Positions 25,775 to 37,674 of a DNA stretch of 64,000 bases are shown here, piece by piece. The translations under genes and the position numbers were made by a program. Each line of letters starts with the position of its first letter. Position 1 is the stretch's first letter. A model generated the notes under the pieces. The model was not told the origin of the DNA. It ran no database searches and saw only the letters and a program-made list of their open reading frames with translations. The stretch is from assembly GCA_030390025.1 (NCBI GenBank), contig CM059431.1:154568001-154632000 (forward strand). Direction: 5' to 3'. This stretch comes from Squalus acanthias (lineage: Eukaryota).

Positions 25775-28700
25775 TTGCAATGGAGAAGCTCGGGTTTATC
25801 TCCTTAGAGCAGAGAAGGTAAATTTGATATAGGGGTTCGAAATCATTATCAGTTTTGAGATAGTAAATAATGATAAACTGTTTGCAGTGGCCGCAATGTC
25901 TGTCACAAGATAACACATATTTAAGGTGATTGGTAAAAGAACCACAGCTAATATGAGGAAATATTTTTTGAAGCAGCGAGCTGCTCTGCAGTGCACTGTA
26001 TTGCCTGACATGATGGTGGAAGCTTATTCAATAGTAACTTCCAAAAGGGAATTGGATAAATACTTGCATGGATTTTTACATGGCTATGGTTTTAAAGTAG
26101 GGCAGTGGAACTAATTGGGTAGCTCAACCAACGAGCCGGCACAGGCACGGTATGCTGTATCATTCTATGATTCTATGATAAAACCGTGAAATGACATTGC
26201 AGGCTAAGTATAGGATATGTGATATGTGGAACTTTCATGACAGTAAGCCTGCCCCGAAATGACAAATCTGCAGAAAATGTCGGTTTCTTTGGACACTCCA
26301 GCTTAGATTCTTTGAGCTGGAGTGCGAGATAGCGAGACTGCGACACTTAAAGAAGGGGGAGGAAGTTCTGGACAGTTTTCTTCAGAGTACAGTCAAACCT
26401 CAGAGGAAAGCAGAGGTGCAGGAAGGGGAGAATGTTACTGTCATTAGCGTAGGGGGTACCTAGGGAATATAGATAAGGAATCCAGCAGACACTGGTCCTG
26501 TCCAAAAAACACAATTTATTTGATATCTTTGAGGATAAGAAGTAAAACTGCGGGGAGGACATTTACAATGCTGACCTTAGCACCGTGGAGTAGGGGGCTG
26601 TTCACATTGTGGCGGGTGGGCTGCAGATTCGAAACGTAGTATTTAAGAGTGATTCAATAATTAGGGTGGTAGTTAGCATGCTATTCATACAGGGTACAGA
26701 ATCCCGAAGGGTGTGTTTTCTACCTGATGACAGAGTAAGCGATATCTCAATGTGACAGGAAAGTAAATTTGAAAGGGTGGGGGGAGATCTTGTTGTTGTT
26801 TTCCATGTCGGGACCAGTGACAGAGGGAAGAAAATGTTTGAGCTCCTGTCGAAGGCGTATCAGAAGTTAAGAGCTAACTTCAAAAGTAGCGCTTCAAGGG
26901 TTGTAATGTCAGGGTTACAAACAGATCAGGCAGTTGAACACCTGGCTAAAGAGTGGCGTTTGAAGAGTGGGTTTCATTTTAGGGGACATCGGCACCAATA
27001 ATGGGTCAGGAAGAAGTGTGTGTCATTGGGATGCGCTGCATCTGAACCGGGCTGGGGCCAAGTTCTTAGAAGTAAGGATAAATAAGCTGATAAAAAGGAC
27101 TGTAAACTAATAAATGGAGGGGGAAGTGGCAGACCCAGCCAGGAGCAAAATTAAAAACGTCAGTTTAAAAAAAAAATTAAAAGGGATAAGTTCTGAAGAA
27201 AGTCACAATCAGTGCTATAAATACTACAGGTGATGTGAATATAAAATAACTAAAGAAATTACAGCAGGAGTGATAAATAACAAACGTGTCAAGTTAAACG
27301 GTGTGAGAAAAGAAATATCAGGACAGGTTCGGGTCTCTTTGACAAAAAAGTGTATTATATACTAATTCACGAATTATAAGAAATACACTGAGTGAATTAG
27401 AAACTTTAAGGAGATGGCATGGTGGCCATTACTGAGACATGCCTGTAAGCTGGTCATGATTAGGGGTCAAATACTCTCGGTCATAAGGCTTTTAAAAAAG
27501 GCTTGAGAAACGAGAAGAGGAGGATGGGTAGTCTGTTTCATTATATATACTATTACAACATTAGGAAAATAGGATATAAATAAGTGAAAGCACTCCGCGG
27601 AAACTATGGTTAGAAATTAAGAATAGGAGAGGATTTAAAACTGTCTACAGGCCTCTTGATACCAGCAATGAAGCGGCAGAATGTATTAATTCAGTGATTA
27701 GAGAGACTTGTCGCAACATGCAGAATTGTGCTAATGTGAGACTTTAATTGCCATGCAGATTGGGAAGAGTAGAGTAACTCAGGTCAGAAAGATAGTGAAT
27801 TTCTGAGTGCATTCAAGTTAATTTTTTGATGCAATGTGCAACATGTGGGCAGACAATATTAGATTTACTAACAATTAAAAAGACAGACTTAGTTATTAAT
27901 CTAACACTAAGGGGACATTTATCTAACAGTGATCATAATATGATATAATTCAATGTGAGGTTTGAAAAGGAAAAACTTAAACCAGTTGCTAAGATTTGAG
28001 ATGTTGGTACGGCCAACTTTAACGGGATGAATTAGAGACTGTCAGGCAGCAAACAGGTTAAAACTATTATCGTGTAAAAATAAAAATAAAGAGTGGATCG
28101 TGTTCAAATACGAATACAGCTTAATACAGGACCAATAGTTGCCCCTAAATGGCAGGAGCTATATTTAGCAAATAAGAGACAAAAAGAGGTGAGAGATAAC
28201 ATACGCTAAAAGAAAGAGGATACAAAAGTGCAAATGTTAGTGTAGTTCTAGGCGACTAGAATAAGCGTAAAGCACAGCAAAGGTAGACACATGAGATAGT
28301 AACAGCTGGAAAAATGGCAAATGAACAGAAACTTGCGGGGGATATCAAGATTTTTTTTTTATAATTACAATAGAAGTGAAAGGGTATTCAGGTTAATGTG
28401 GGCCCTTTAAAAACAGATGCGGGTAATTTTACAAATAACAATAAGGAAATGGCAGACTTCTTGAATAATTACTTTGTATCAAGCTTCCAAGTAGAGGAAG
28501 AGGATAACCTAGCTATATTTCCAGCAAAAAAAAAATTAAAAGGAATCAAGGACTGAAAGTCACTAAATTTAGCGTAAGCAAGAAAAAAAGTACAGGAAAA
28601 TACAATGGCATTAAAGACTAACAAATCCCCATGCAATGATTGCTTGCACCCCAGGGTCTAAAAGGAATTAAGAGAAGAAATTGCAGATCCTCTCTCGATT

Positions 28701-29975
28701 CAGTAATTGCCCTTTTATATTGGAAAAGTGCAAATGTGGCTCCATTATTTAAGAAAGTTGAGAGAGAGACACCAGAAAATTATAGACCTGTTAGTCTAAC
28801 ATCTATTGAGGGACTTTATTGGAATCTATAATTAAGGACAGAGTGATTGTATTTGATTTTTGAACAACATGTGCACGATTCTGTTCAAGTGCTGCTGATG
28901 GTCTCTCAATCTTCGGCATTCTTTTCATTTTTATTTTACGGTCATTAATGAAGAAGCATTGACTGTGAATCACATTATATCTTCTTGCTTATGATATCTC
29001 AAAGTCATGTCAAAGAAACACGTTCCTCAAAATTGTGAACGGTCGCCATTATTGAAGGTGTTTGCGGACATGATGTAGGAATTGAGGAGGCTTATTTTGA
29101 GGGAAATTTGAGCTGATTAGAGAGAGGGCAAAAATGCATTCGGAAAGGGTAGGTTATGTCTAACCAACCTAATTGAATGTTTTGAGGAAACAACTAAAGT
29201 CGTAGATAGGGGGATGCACTTTGGACCAAAAAGGAGATCTAAGCATTTTTGAACTGGGGAAAACGTTGAACAGCGGAGTTCAGAGGGACAAAGGGAACCA
29301 TGTACAAAGATCACTGAAATGTAGCTGTCGGGGTTAAAATTAATCAGAAATCTCATACAATAGAATAAAGGATGAGGACATAAAGGAGGTCATTTTGTTA
29401 CCTTTATTCAAAGCCCTGTTTAGTCCACATCTAGAGTACTGTGTACATTTCTCTGCACCGCACATTAGAAAGGATATATTGACCTTGGAAGGAGTGCAGC
29501 GTAGATTGACCAGAATGTTACCAGGGCGCCAAAGGTTAGATTATGTGCAGAGATTGAATGAAATAGTTTTGGAATCCTTGCAATATAGAAGGACAAGCGT
29601 TGTTTTGATTGAGTTTTTTTGGATTTTGTAAGGAATTGCTGCGATAGAGAGATATCTTTCCGCTGTTGGAGGAGTCTAAGGAAAGGGGACATAACGTTAA
29701 AATCAGATCCAGCGCATTCAGGAATTAATTTAGGAAATAAACCTTCAATCAAAAGATGATCGAAGTGTGGGACTCCTTCCCACATAAAAGCAGTAGCTGC
29801 TAGCTCAAATAATAATGTTATATCTTTGATCCCTTGTCTTTTTGCTAGCCATGGGTATTGAGGGTTATGGGACCAAGGCGGGTGGACAGAGTCAGGATAC
29901 TTACCAGCCATAATCTCATTAAATGTCGGCGCAGGCTCGAAGGGCTGAATGGCCTACTCCTGTTCCTTTGTTCCT
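25775..29975 (+). mobile_element. CR1 3' fragment plus an old, decayed near-full-length CR1 with internal deletions
   Basis: VVVFHVGTSD (SGNH ORF1), WKSANVAPLFKK..PENYRPVSLTS, PHLEYCVHFSAPHIRKD; 3' end gaatggcctactcctgttcct. Confidence 0.8.
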
Positions 29976-30779
29976 AAAGTGACGGAAAATAGAATTTCAA
30001 CATAGAAGGAAACAATTCGACCAATCTTGCCTGTGCCGGTTCTGTGAAATAGCTAGCGAATTAGACCCTCTCCCTACTATTTCTCCATAGACATGCAATG
30101 GAGAAACTGTTAATACTCTACCTTTGTAATGTTTGTGCCTACTTTGACAAAAATAAAACCGGGTTAGCAAACCCGAGGCTGTTGGCTGTTGGGTTGCGGA
30201 GCATTCAGTAGTATAATGGACTTATTGAAAGCGTATCAAGTTACACATTGCAACATAGCATGATATCTGAAAAGCCGTTTTCAACAGCCCATGTGGATTC
30301 TGGTAAAGGGCGGATTCCATCTATAAATATTGGAGGTAACTTTAGCTTTTGGCGGCAGTGTAAAACCGACGTAGTAGGACGCCCAATCGAAAGTTTTGTT
30401 GTTGAGTCGCTATTGCTTGTTTTACAATATCGTGACAAGCTAAATTTACCAAGAGCGTGTCAGCTCAGTTAATCTCCTATTAGAAGGCAACGAGGGTGTA
30501 CTTTCTCAAGACCAATTAGCGTTTGAGAAAGAGACTGCGGGGGATGTCGGAAGGAATATCGACTTGCTATCCGCTCTTGTTACGGACCGGTTGAGGCAGG
30601 ATACGCAAGCCCCCTTGTTGACCATCTCGACCCATTCCTCTCGCATTTAAATGGTTTGTATTTAATTTTGCGGCTGTCCACTTGATCTTGGAGTTAAGGA
30701 GAACTAAATGCGTAAAAATCCGTCCAGCAATGGGTATCGAATCAGGCGCTGAAGTAAACGGTCAGCGCAACATCCCTGA

Positions 30780-31630
30780 TTTAAACATCTGGACAAATCC
30801 AGATACAATGCAAAATCTCATACATGTGTGTAAGGATCCCGATTGATTGGAGCTCCGTACTGAACCGTCAGGAACCTGATGCAATGTGAATCCATGAACA
30901 CACCTGGCAGGATTCTGATTCAATGTTAAACCCCATACACACCTGGCAGGATCCCGATACAATGTTACACCTCATACACACCTGGCAGAATCCTGATTCA
31001 ATGCTAAACCCCATACACACCTGGCAGGATCCCGATACAATGTTACACCTCATACACACCTGGCAGGATCCCGAAACAATTTTGAACCCCATACACACCT
31101 GGCAGCATCCTGACACACTCTCAAACCCTATACACACCTGGCAGGATCCTGATACACTGTGAAACCCCATACACACCTGGCAGCATCCTGATACACAGTG
31201 AAACCCCATACACACCTGGCAAGATCCTGATACAATGAAATCCCATACATACCTGGCAGGATTTCGCTACATTTTGAACCCCCAAACTCACCTGGCAGGA
31301 TCCTGATACACTGTGAAACCCCATACAAACCTGGCTGGATCCTGATACATAGTGATAACTCTTACACAGTTGGCAGGATCCTGATACACTATGATTCTCC
31401 TCACACAACTGGATAATCGTGATACACTGTGAAGCCCTATTCACACCTGGAATGATCCCGATAAATTTTGAAAACACATACAGTCCTGGCAGCATCCCGA
31501 TATATAGTGAAACCGCATGTATATTTCGCAGAATCCCAATAAGCTCTAAAAATGGAAGAATGCAGACACGCTGTGAATCAATGAACACAAATGGGAGAAT
31601 CCTGATACGCTTTGAATCCCCATAAGCTCC
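30780..31630. repeat. 39-bp satellite, most homogeneous block
   Basis: 13-aa periodicity in spurious ORFs (LNPIHTWQDPDTM; GFHSVSGSCQVCM). Confidence 0.92.
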
Positions 31631-31634
31631 TGGC

Positions 31635-32440
31635 AACAACAACTTGTATTTATAAGCATCTTTAACGAAGTAAACCATCCCGAGGCGCTTCCTAGGAGCT
31701 TTATCGAGCATAATTTGACACAGAAGCTCATACGGGATTTATAGGCAGTAAGCTTGATCAAAGATTTAGGTTTTAACGAGCATTTTAAATAAAGAAGGGG
31801 ATGCAGAGAGTTTAGAGATGTTTTGGGAGGAAATTCCAGAGTTTACGGCCTGGACAGCTGAAGGCATGGCCAACAATGGGAAAGCGATAAAAATCGGTGA
31901 TTCTCAAGAGGCCAGAATAAGTGGAGCACAATAATCTCTGGGTTTTGTGGGACTGGAGCAGATTACAGAGATAGGGAAGAGCGAGTTCATGGAGGGATTT
32001 CAGAACAAGGATTAGAATTGTAATATCGACGAATCGTTTAATCGGGAGCCAATGTAGTTCAGCAAACACCGGGGTGATGAAAGGGGCTTGGTGCGAGTCA
32101 GGACATGAGCAGAAGGGTTTGGGATAAACTCAAGTTTACAGAGAGTCGAACTTGGGAGGCCAGCCAGTAGTGCATTAGCGTAGTCAAGTCTAGAGATAAC
32201 AAAGGCATGGATGAGCGTTACAGCTGCAGATGTGCTGAGACAAGGGTGGAGTCGGCATAGATTCCATAGGTGGAAACAGGCGGTCTTAGTTTTGGCGTAG
32301 TTAGGAGGGCAGAAGCTCATCTCGGGGTCAGATATGACACCATGTTTGCGAACCATCTGGATCAGCTTCAGACGGTTGTCAGGGAGAGGAATGGAGTTGG
32401 AGGCTAGGGATCGGTGTTTGTGGCGAGGACCGAAGCCAAT
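31635..32440 (-). mobile_element. L2 LINE 3' fragment inserted in the satellite
   Basis: ORF 32012-32356 TLIHAFVISRLDYANALLAGLP and 31812-32069 LHWLPI are L2 ORF2 C-terminal motifs; (caa)n tail at ~31635. Confidence 0.88.
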
Positions 32441-32489
32441 GGTTTTGATAAGAGCCGTTGCGGTACTGTGGCAGGGGCGGAAAACTCAT

Positions 32490-33780
32490 TAGATCCTGAT
32501 AAACTGTTAATACCTTATACATCTTTTAGGAAGCAGATACACTGTGAGATCCCATACACACCTGGTAGAAATTTCATACACTGTGAATTACAAAGTACAC
32601 CTGACAGCATCCTGATGCACTGAATCACCGTAGAGAATTGGTGGAAACCAGATACACACTGCATTACAATAAACATCTGTTTGGATCCTGAAAAACTATG
32701 AGCCCAATAGATACCTGACATGTTCCCAACACACTGTAAAGCCCCATACCTACTTGGTAGGGTACGATAGAATGTGAAGCTCCATAAACAACTGGCAGAA
32801 TCCTGATACACTGAAAAACCCAATTCATATCTCGAAGGTACATGATATGTTTTAAAACCCTGTACACACCAGGCAGGACCCGGAAATAATGTGAAGTACA
32901 AAACATAACTTGCAGGATCCTGATATACTGTGAAACCCTATACACACCAGGCAGGACCCTGATATACTGTCAAACACAATACATGCCAGGCAGAATCGTG
33001 ATATATTGGGAAACACCATGCCTGACAGGATCCTTATACACTGTTCAGCCCGCAGATACCCTGCAGGATCCTAATATACTTATAAAACCCATACACACCT
33101 AGAAGGATCCTGATACACTATGAAACCCCTGACGAACCTGGCAGGATCTGGTTACACTATGAATCCCCAGGCGCACCTGGCAGGATCCTTATAGAAAGTG
33201 GAAGCAAATATACACCTGGCAGCATTCCTGATATACTGCAAAACCCCTTAAACATATGGCACAATAAGGGTATTAATTAAAAACCCATATATATTTCGCA
33301 GAATCCCGTTACATTCTAAAACCCCAACCCCACCTAACAGCATATATCTACGCTGTGAATCGATGAACATCACTGGCTGTTTCCTGATAAACTGTGAATA
33401 AAAAACATACGCTTGGCAGGATCCTTATACGCCGTTGAGCCGGTAGATACCTGATATGATCCTGACAAAAGTTAAAGCCCCATAAATTCTTGGAAGCATC
33501 TCAAACTTTTTGAAAACTCACATGCACCTGGCATATTTCGTTATACAATGAAACAACATAAGGACCTTGCAGGATCCTGATATACCTTGGAACCCCATAC
33601 TCACGTGGCATATGACGAAATATTGTGAAACAGCATGTATACTTTGCAGGATGCTGATGTACTTTGAAACCCCATACAGACCTGGTAGGATCCACTGTGA
33701 ATCCCCATACACACCTGGCAGGAATCTGATACACTGTGAAACCCTATACACACCTGGCATGATCCTGATAATACTGTGAA
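32490..33780. repeat. Degenerate 39-bp satellite
   Basis: Recurring ggcaggatcctgata.actgtgaaaccc. Confidence 0.82.
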
Positions 33781-33999
33781 ATATAACATAAGATTACAAA
33801 GGATTGCATAGGAAATACGGCATAGAAACAGGCCATTCGGCCCAACCAGTCCATGCCGGCGTTTATGCTCCACACGAGCCTCATCCCGAATTCCCTCATC
33901 TAAATATATCTGGTCATGATGTGGAGATGCCGGCGTTGGACTGGGGTGGACAAAAATGAGAAGTCGCACAACACCAGGTTATAGTCCAACAGATTTATT

Positions 34000-34045
34000 T
34001 AATTTTACAAGCTTTCGAAGCAGTTCGCTCCTTCGTCAGGTAAGT
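34000..34045 (-). ncRNA. Minimal hammerhead ribozyme motif (left Penelope arm)
   Basis: Reverse complement of 37585-37630. Confidence 0.75.
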
Positions 34046-34260
34046 TAGCAATGAGAGAATCTCCCAGAATTCACAATTTAAACCCAGACAAAATCTATTC
34101 ACATTATTCCCTACAACAAAGAGCACAGCCAAGACAATGAGATGTGTCCCAGGGGGTCCAACGTGTCAAACCACCTGCTGGCTGCATATCCTGTCAATTT
34201 GTGTTCTTGTGTTAGTCTTTTAAAAAAAAAACACCTGGGAAGACCGGCCATGATGTCAAG

Positions 34261-36584
34261 TCACGTTCTGTATCGTGACATGAACCCGATATCGCGATTG
34301 AGGCCATCCTCATGAGTGCAGAACTTGGCTATCAGTTTCTGCTCTATGATTTTGCGCTGTCGTGTATCTCGAAGGCCGCCTTGGAGAACGCTTACCCGCA
34401 GATCCGAGGCTGAATGCCCCTGGCTGCTGAAGTGTTCCCCGACTGGGAGGCAACCCTCCTGCCTGGCGATTGTTGCGCGGTGTCCGTTCATACGTTGTCT
34501 CAGTGTCTGCATGGTCTCGCCGATGTACCATGCTCTGGAGCATCCTTTACTGCAACGTATCAGGTAGACAACGTTGGCCGAGTCACATGAGTATGTACCG
34601 TGTACCTGGTGGGTAGTGTCCTCACGTGTAATGATGGTATCTGTGTCCATGATTTGGCATGTCTTGCAGAGGTTGCCGTGGCAGGGTTGTGTGGTGTCTT
34701 GGTTGCCGTTCTCCTGAAAGATGGGTAATCTGCTGCGAACGATGGTACTTTTGAGGATAGGCGGCTGCTTGAAGGCGAGTAGTGGAGGCGTGGGGATGGC
34801 CTTAGCAAGGTGTTCGTCGTCATCGATGACATGTTGAAGGCTGCGAAGAACATGACGTAGTTTTTCTGCTCCGGGGAAGTACTGGACGACGTAGGGTACT
34901 CTGCTGGTTGTGTCCCGTGTTCGTCTTCTGAGGAGGTCTATGCGGTTTTTCGCTGTGGCCCGTCGGAACTGTCGATCGACGAGTCGAGCGTCATATCCCG
35001 TTCTTACGAGGGCGTCTTTCAGTGTCCGTAGGTGTCCATCGCGTTCCTCCTCGTCTGAGCAGATCCTGTGTATTCGCAGGGCTTGTCCATAGGGGATGGC
35101 TTCTTTAAGTGGTTAGGGTGGAAGCTGGAGAAGTGGAGCATCGTGAGGTTGTCCGTGGGCTTGCGGTAGAGTGAAGTGCTGAGGCGTCCGTCTTTGATGG
35201 AGATTCGTGTGTCCAAGAATGAAACCGATTCTGAGGAGTAGTCCATGGTGAGTTTGATGGTGGGATGGAACCTGTTGATGCTATCGTGTAGTCCTTTCAG
35301 TGATCCTTCGCCGTGGGTCCAAAGGAAGAAGATGTCGTCGATGTATCTGGTGTACAGCGTTGGTTGGAGGTCCTGTGCAGCGAATAAGTCTTGCTCGAAC
35401 TTGTGCATGAAGATGTTGGCGTATTGGGGTGCGAATTTGGTCCCCATGGCTGTTCCTTGTGTTTGGGTGAAAAAATGGTTGTCGAAGGTGAAGACATTGT
35501 GGTCAAGGATGAAGCGGATGAGTTGTAGGATGGCGTCCGGAGATTGGCTGTTGTTGGTGTTGAGTACTGAGGCTGTCGCAGCGATGCCGTCATTGTGGGG
35601 GATATTGGTGTAGAGTGCCGATACGTCCATTGTGACGAGGAGTGTTCCTGGTTCAACTGGCCCATGGGTGCTGAGTTTCTGCAAGAAGTCTGTAGTGTCG
35701 CGACAGAAGCTGGGGGTTCCCTGTACGATGGGTTTCAGGATGCCCTCAACGTACCCAGAGAGGTTCTCACACAGGGTTCCGTTGCCTGATACGATAGGAC
35801 GTCCGGGTGTGTTGGCTTTGTGTATCTTTGGGATGCAGTAAAAATCTCCTACGCGGGGAGTACGTGGGATGAGAGCGCGTAGGATGTTTTGAAGGTCTGG
35901 ATCGAAGGTCTTGATCAGTCTATTGAGTTGGCGGGTGTGTTCTTTGGTCGGATCTGCGGGTAGCTCTCTGTAGTGTTCCTGGTTGTCCAGTTGTCGGTAT
36001 GCTTCTTTGCAATAGTCCGTTCTGTTCTGTATGACGATGGCTCCTCCTTTGTCCGCTGGTTTGATGACGATGTTGCGGTTGGTCTTGAGTGCGTGGATGG
36101 CGTTGCGTTGTGCTCGGGTGACATTCTGGACTGTCTTGTGAGTACGGCTGATGAATCTGGCGTTGATGCATTTCCTGACAGCTTGAGCATACATGTCAAG
36201 CTTAGGGTTGCGACCCTCCGGAGGGGTCCAATTTGACTCTTTCTTCCTCGGTTGTAGCACTGCGGTTCCCTCTGTCTGCTGTTCCGGATCATTGATTGTC
36301 CCATTAGGAATGTTGCTGACATCTTGGGATTTGTGGTAGTATTCCCGGATCCTCATTCTCCTGATGTATTCCTCTGTGTCCGCCGCGAGACCGATGGGGT
36401 CCATTTTGGTGGTGGGGCAGAACTTGAGCCCTAGGGCGAGAACTTCGATTTCGTCTGCTTGAAGGGTGTGGTCCGACAGGTTGACGATGGACTTCACTGT
36501 GGTTGCAACCGTGGTACCGGGGGAGGCTTGGTTGTAGCTGGTGGTTACGCCGAGTTTCTCAAGCTTCCTGTTCTTGATGCGCAT
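34261..36584 (-). pseudogene. Penelope RT-EN polyprotein with one apparent frameshift near 35105
   Basis: After FHPNH the conserved frame continues in another frame (KEAIPYGQALRIHRICSDEE...) and runs to the stop at 34261. Confidence 0.85.
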
Positions 36585-36620
36585 GTCGGCAGCGTAGTTC
36601 CGTTGCCTCGTCTGTCTGTA

Positions 36621-37674
36621 TCGTAAGAACGGGATATGACGCTCGACTCGTCGATCGACAGTTCCGACGGGCCACAGCGAAAAACCGCATAGACCTCCTC
36701 AGAAGACGAACACGGGACACAACCAATAGAGTACCCTACGTCGTCCAGTACTCCCCCGGAGCAGAAAAACTACGCCATGTTCTTCGCAGCCTTCAACATG
36801 TCATCGATGCCGACGAACACCTTGCTAAGGCCATCCCCACGCCTCCACTACTCGCCTTCAAGCAGCCACCTAACCTCAAAAGTATCATCGTTCGCAGCAG
36901 ATTACCCATCTTTCAGGAGAACGGCAACCAAGACACCACACAACCCTGCCACGGCAACCTCTGCAAGACATGCCAAATCATGGACACAGATACCATCATT
37001 ACACGTGAGGACACTACCCACCAGGTACACGGTACATACTCATGTGACTCGGCCAACGTTGTCTACCTGATACGTTGCAGTAAAGGATGCTCCAGAGCAT
37101 GGTACATCGGCGAGACCATGCAGACACTGAGACAACGTATGAACGGACACCGCGCAACAATCGCCAGGCAGGAGGGTTGCCTCCCAGTCGGGGAACACTT
37201 CAGCAGCCAGGGGCATTCAGCCTCGGATCTGCGGGTAAGCGTTCTCCAAGGCGGCCTTCGAGATACACGACAGCGCAAAATCATAGAGCAGAAACTGATA
37301 GCCAAGTTCCGCACTCATGAGGATGGCCTCAATCGCGATATCGGGTTCATGTCACGATACAGAACGTGACTTGACATCATGGCCGGTCTTCCCAGGTGTT
37401 TTTTTTTAAAAAGACTAACACAAGAACACAAATTGACAGGATATGCAGCCAGCAGGTGGTTTGACACGTTGGACCCCCTGGGACACATCTCATTGTCTTG
37501 GCTGTGCTCTTTGTTGTAGGGAATAATGTGAATAGATTTTGTCTGGGTTTAAATTGTGAATTCTGGGAGATTCTCTCATTGCTAACTTACCTGACGAAGG
37601 AGCGAACTGCTTCGAAAGCTTGTAAAATTAAATAAATCTGTTGGACTATAACCTGGTGTTGTGCGACTTCTCAT
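36621..37674 (+). repeat. Inverted arm: reverse complement of 33956-35009
   Basis: 1054-bp arms with only a handful of differences; ORFs 36980-37369 and 34261-34650 differ at 1 aa. Confidence 0.95.
37585..37630 (+). ncRNA. Minimal hammerhead ribozyme motif (Penelope pLTR)
   Basis: CTGACGA-aggagc-gaact-gcttc-GAAA-gcttGTA: conserved CUGANGA and GAAA core, stem II, palindromic aagctt at stem III. Confidence 0.75.

Larger units (their letters stand above)
16352..27669 (+). repeat. Segmental duplication unit I-2 (contains A2 and B2)
   Basis: Paralog of 1-13113. Lacks the CR1 insertions at 807-3288 and ~6668-7228 and carries an extra MITE pair. Confidence 0.85.
33911..37674 (-). mobile_element. 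Penelope-like retroelement (RT plus GIY-YIG endonuclease), 5'-truncated, with an inverted copy of its 3' end
   Basis: ORF 35019-36584 (IKPADKG, PGRPIVS, TMDVSALYTNI, GTAMG, RYIDDIF, YRKPT); EN 34261-34650 (NVVYLIRC..YIGET..R...H, GLN); Cys linker PCHGNLCKTC; TSD taaatatatc at 33901-33910 and 37674-37683. Confidence 0.95.

Noticed and set aside
30780..33780. Regularly spaced repeats as a CRISPR-like array or Cys/His-rich repeat protein
   Set aside because: Contiguous 39-bp tandem monomers with no unique spacers. The ORFs appear in several frames on both strands only because the unit length is a multiple of 3.
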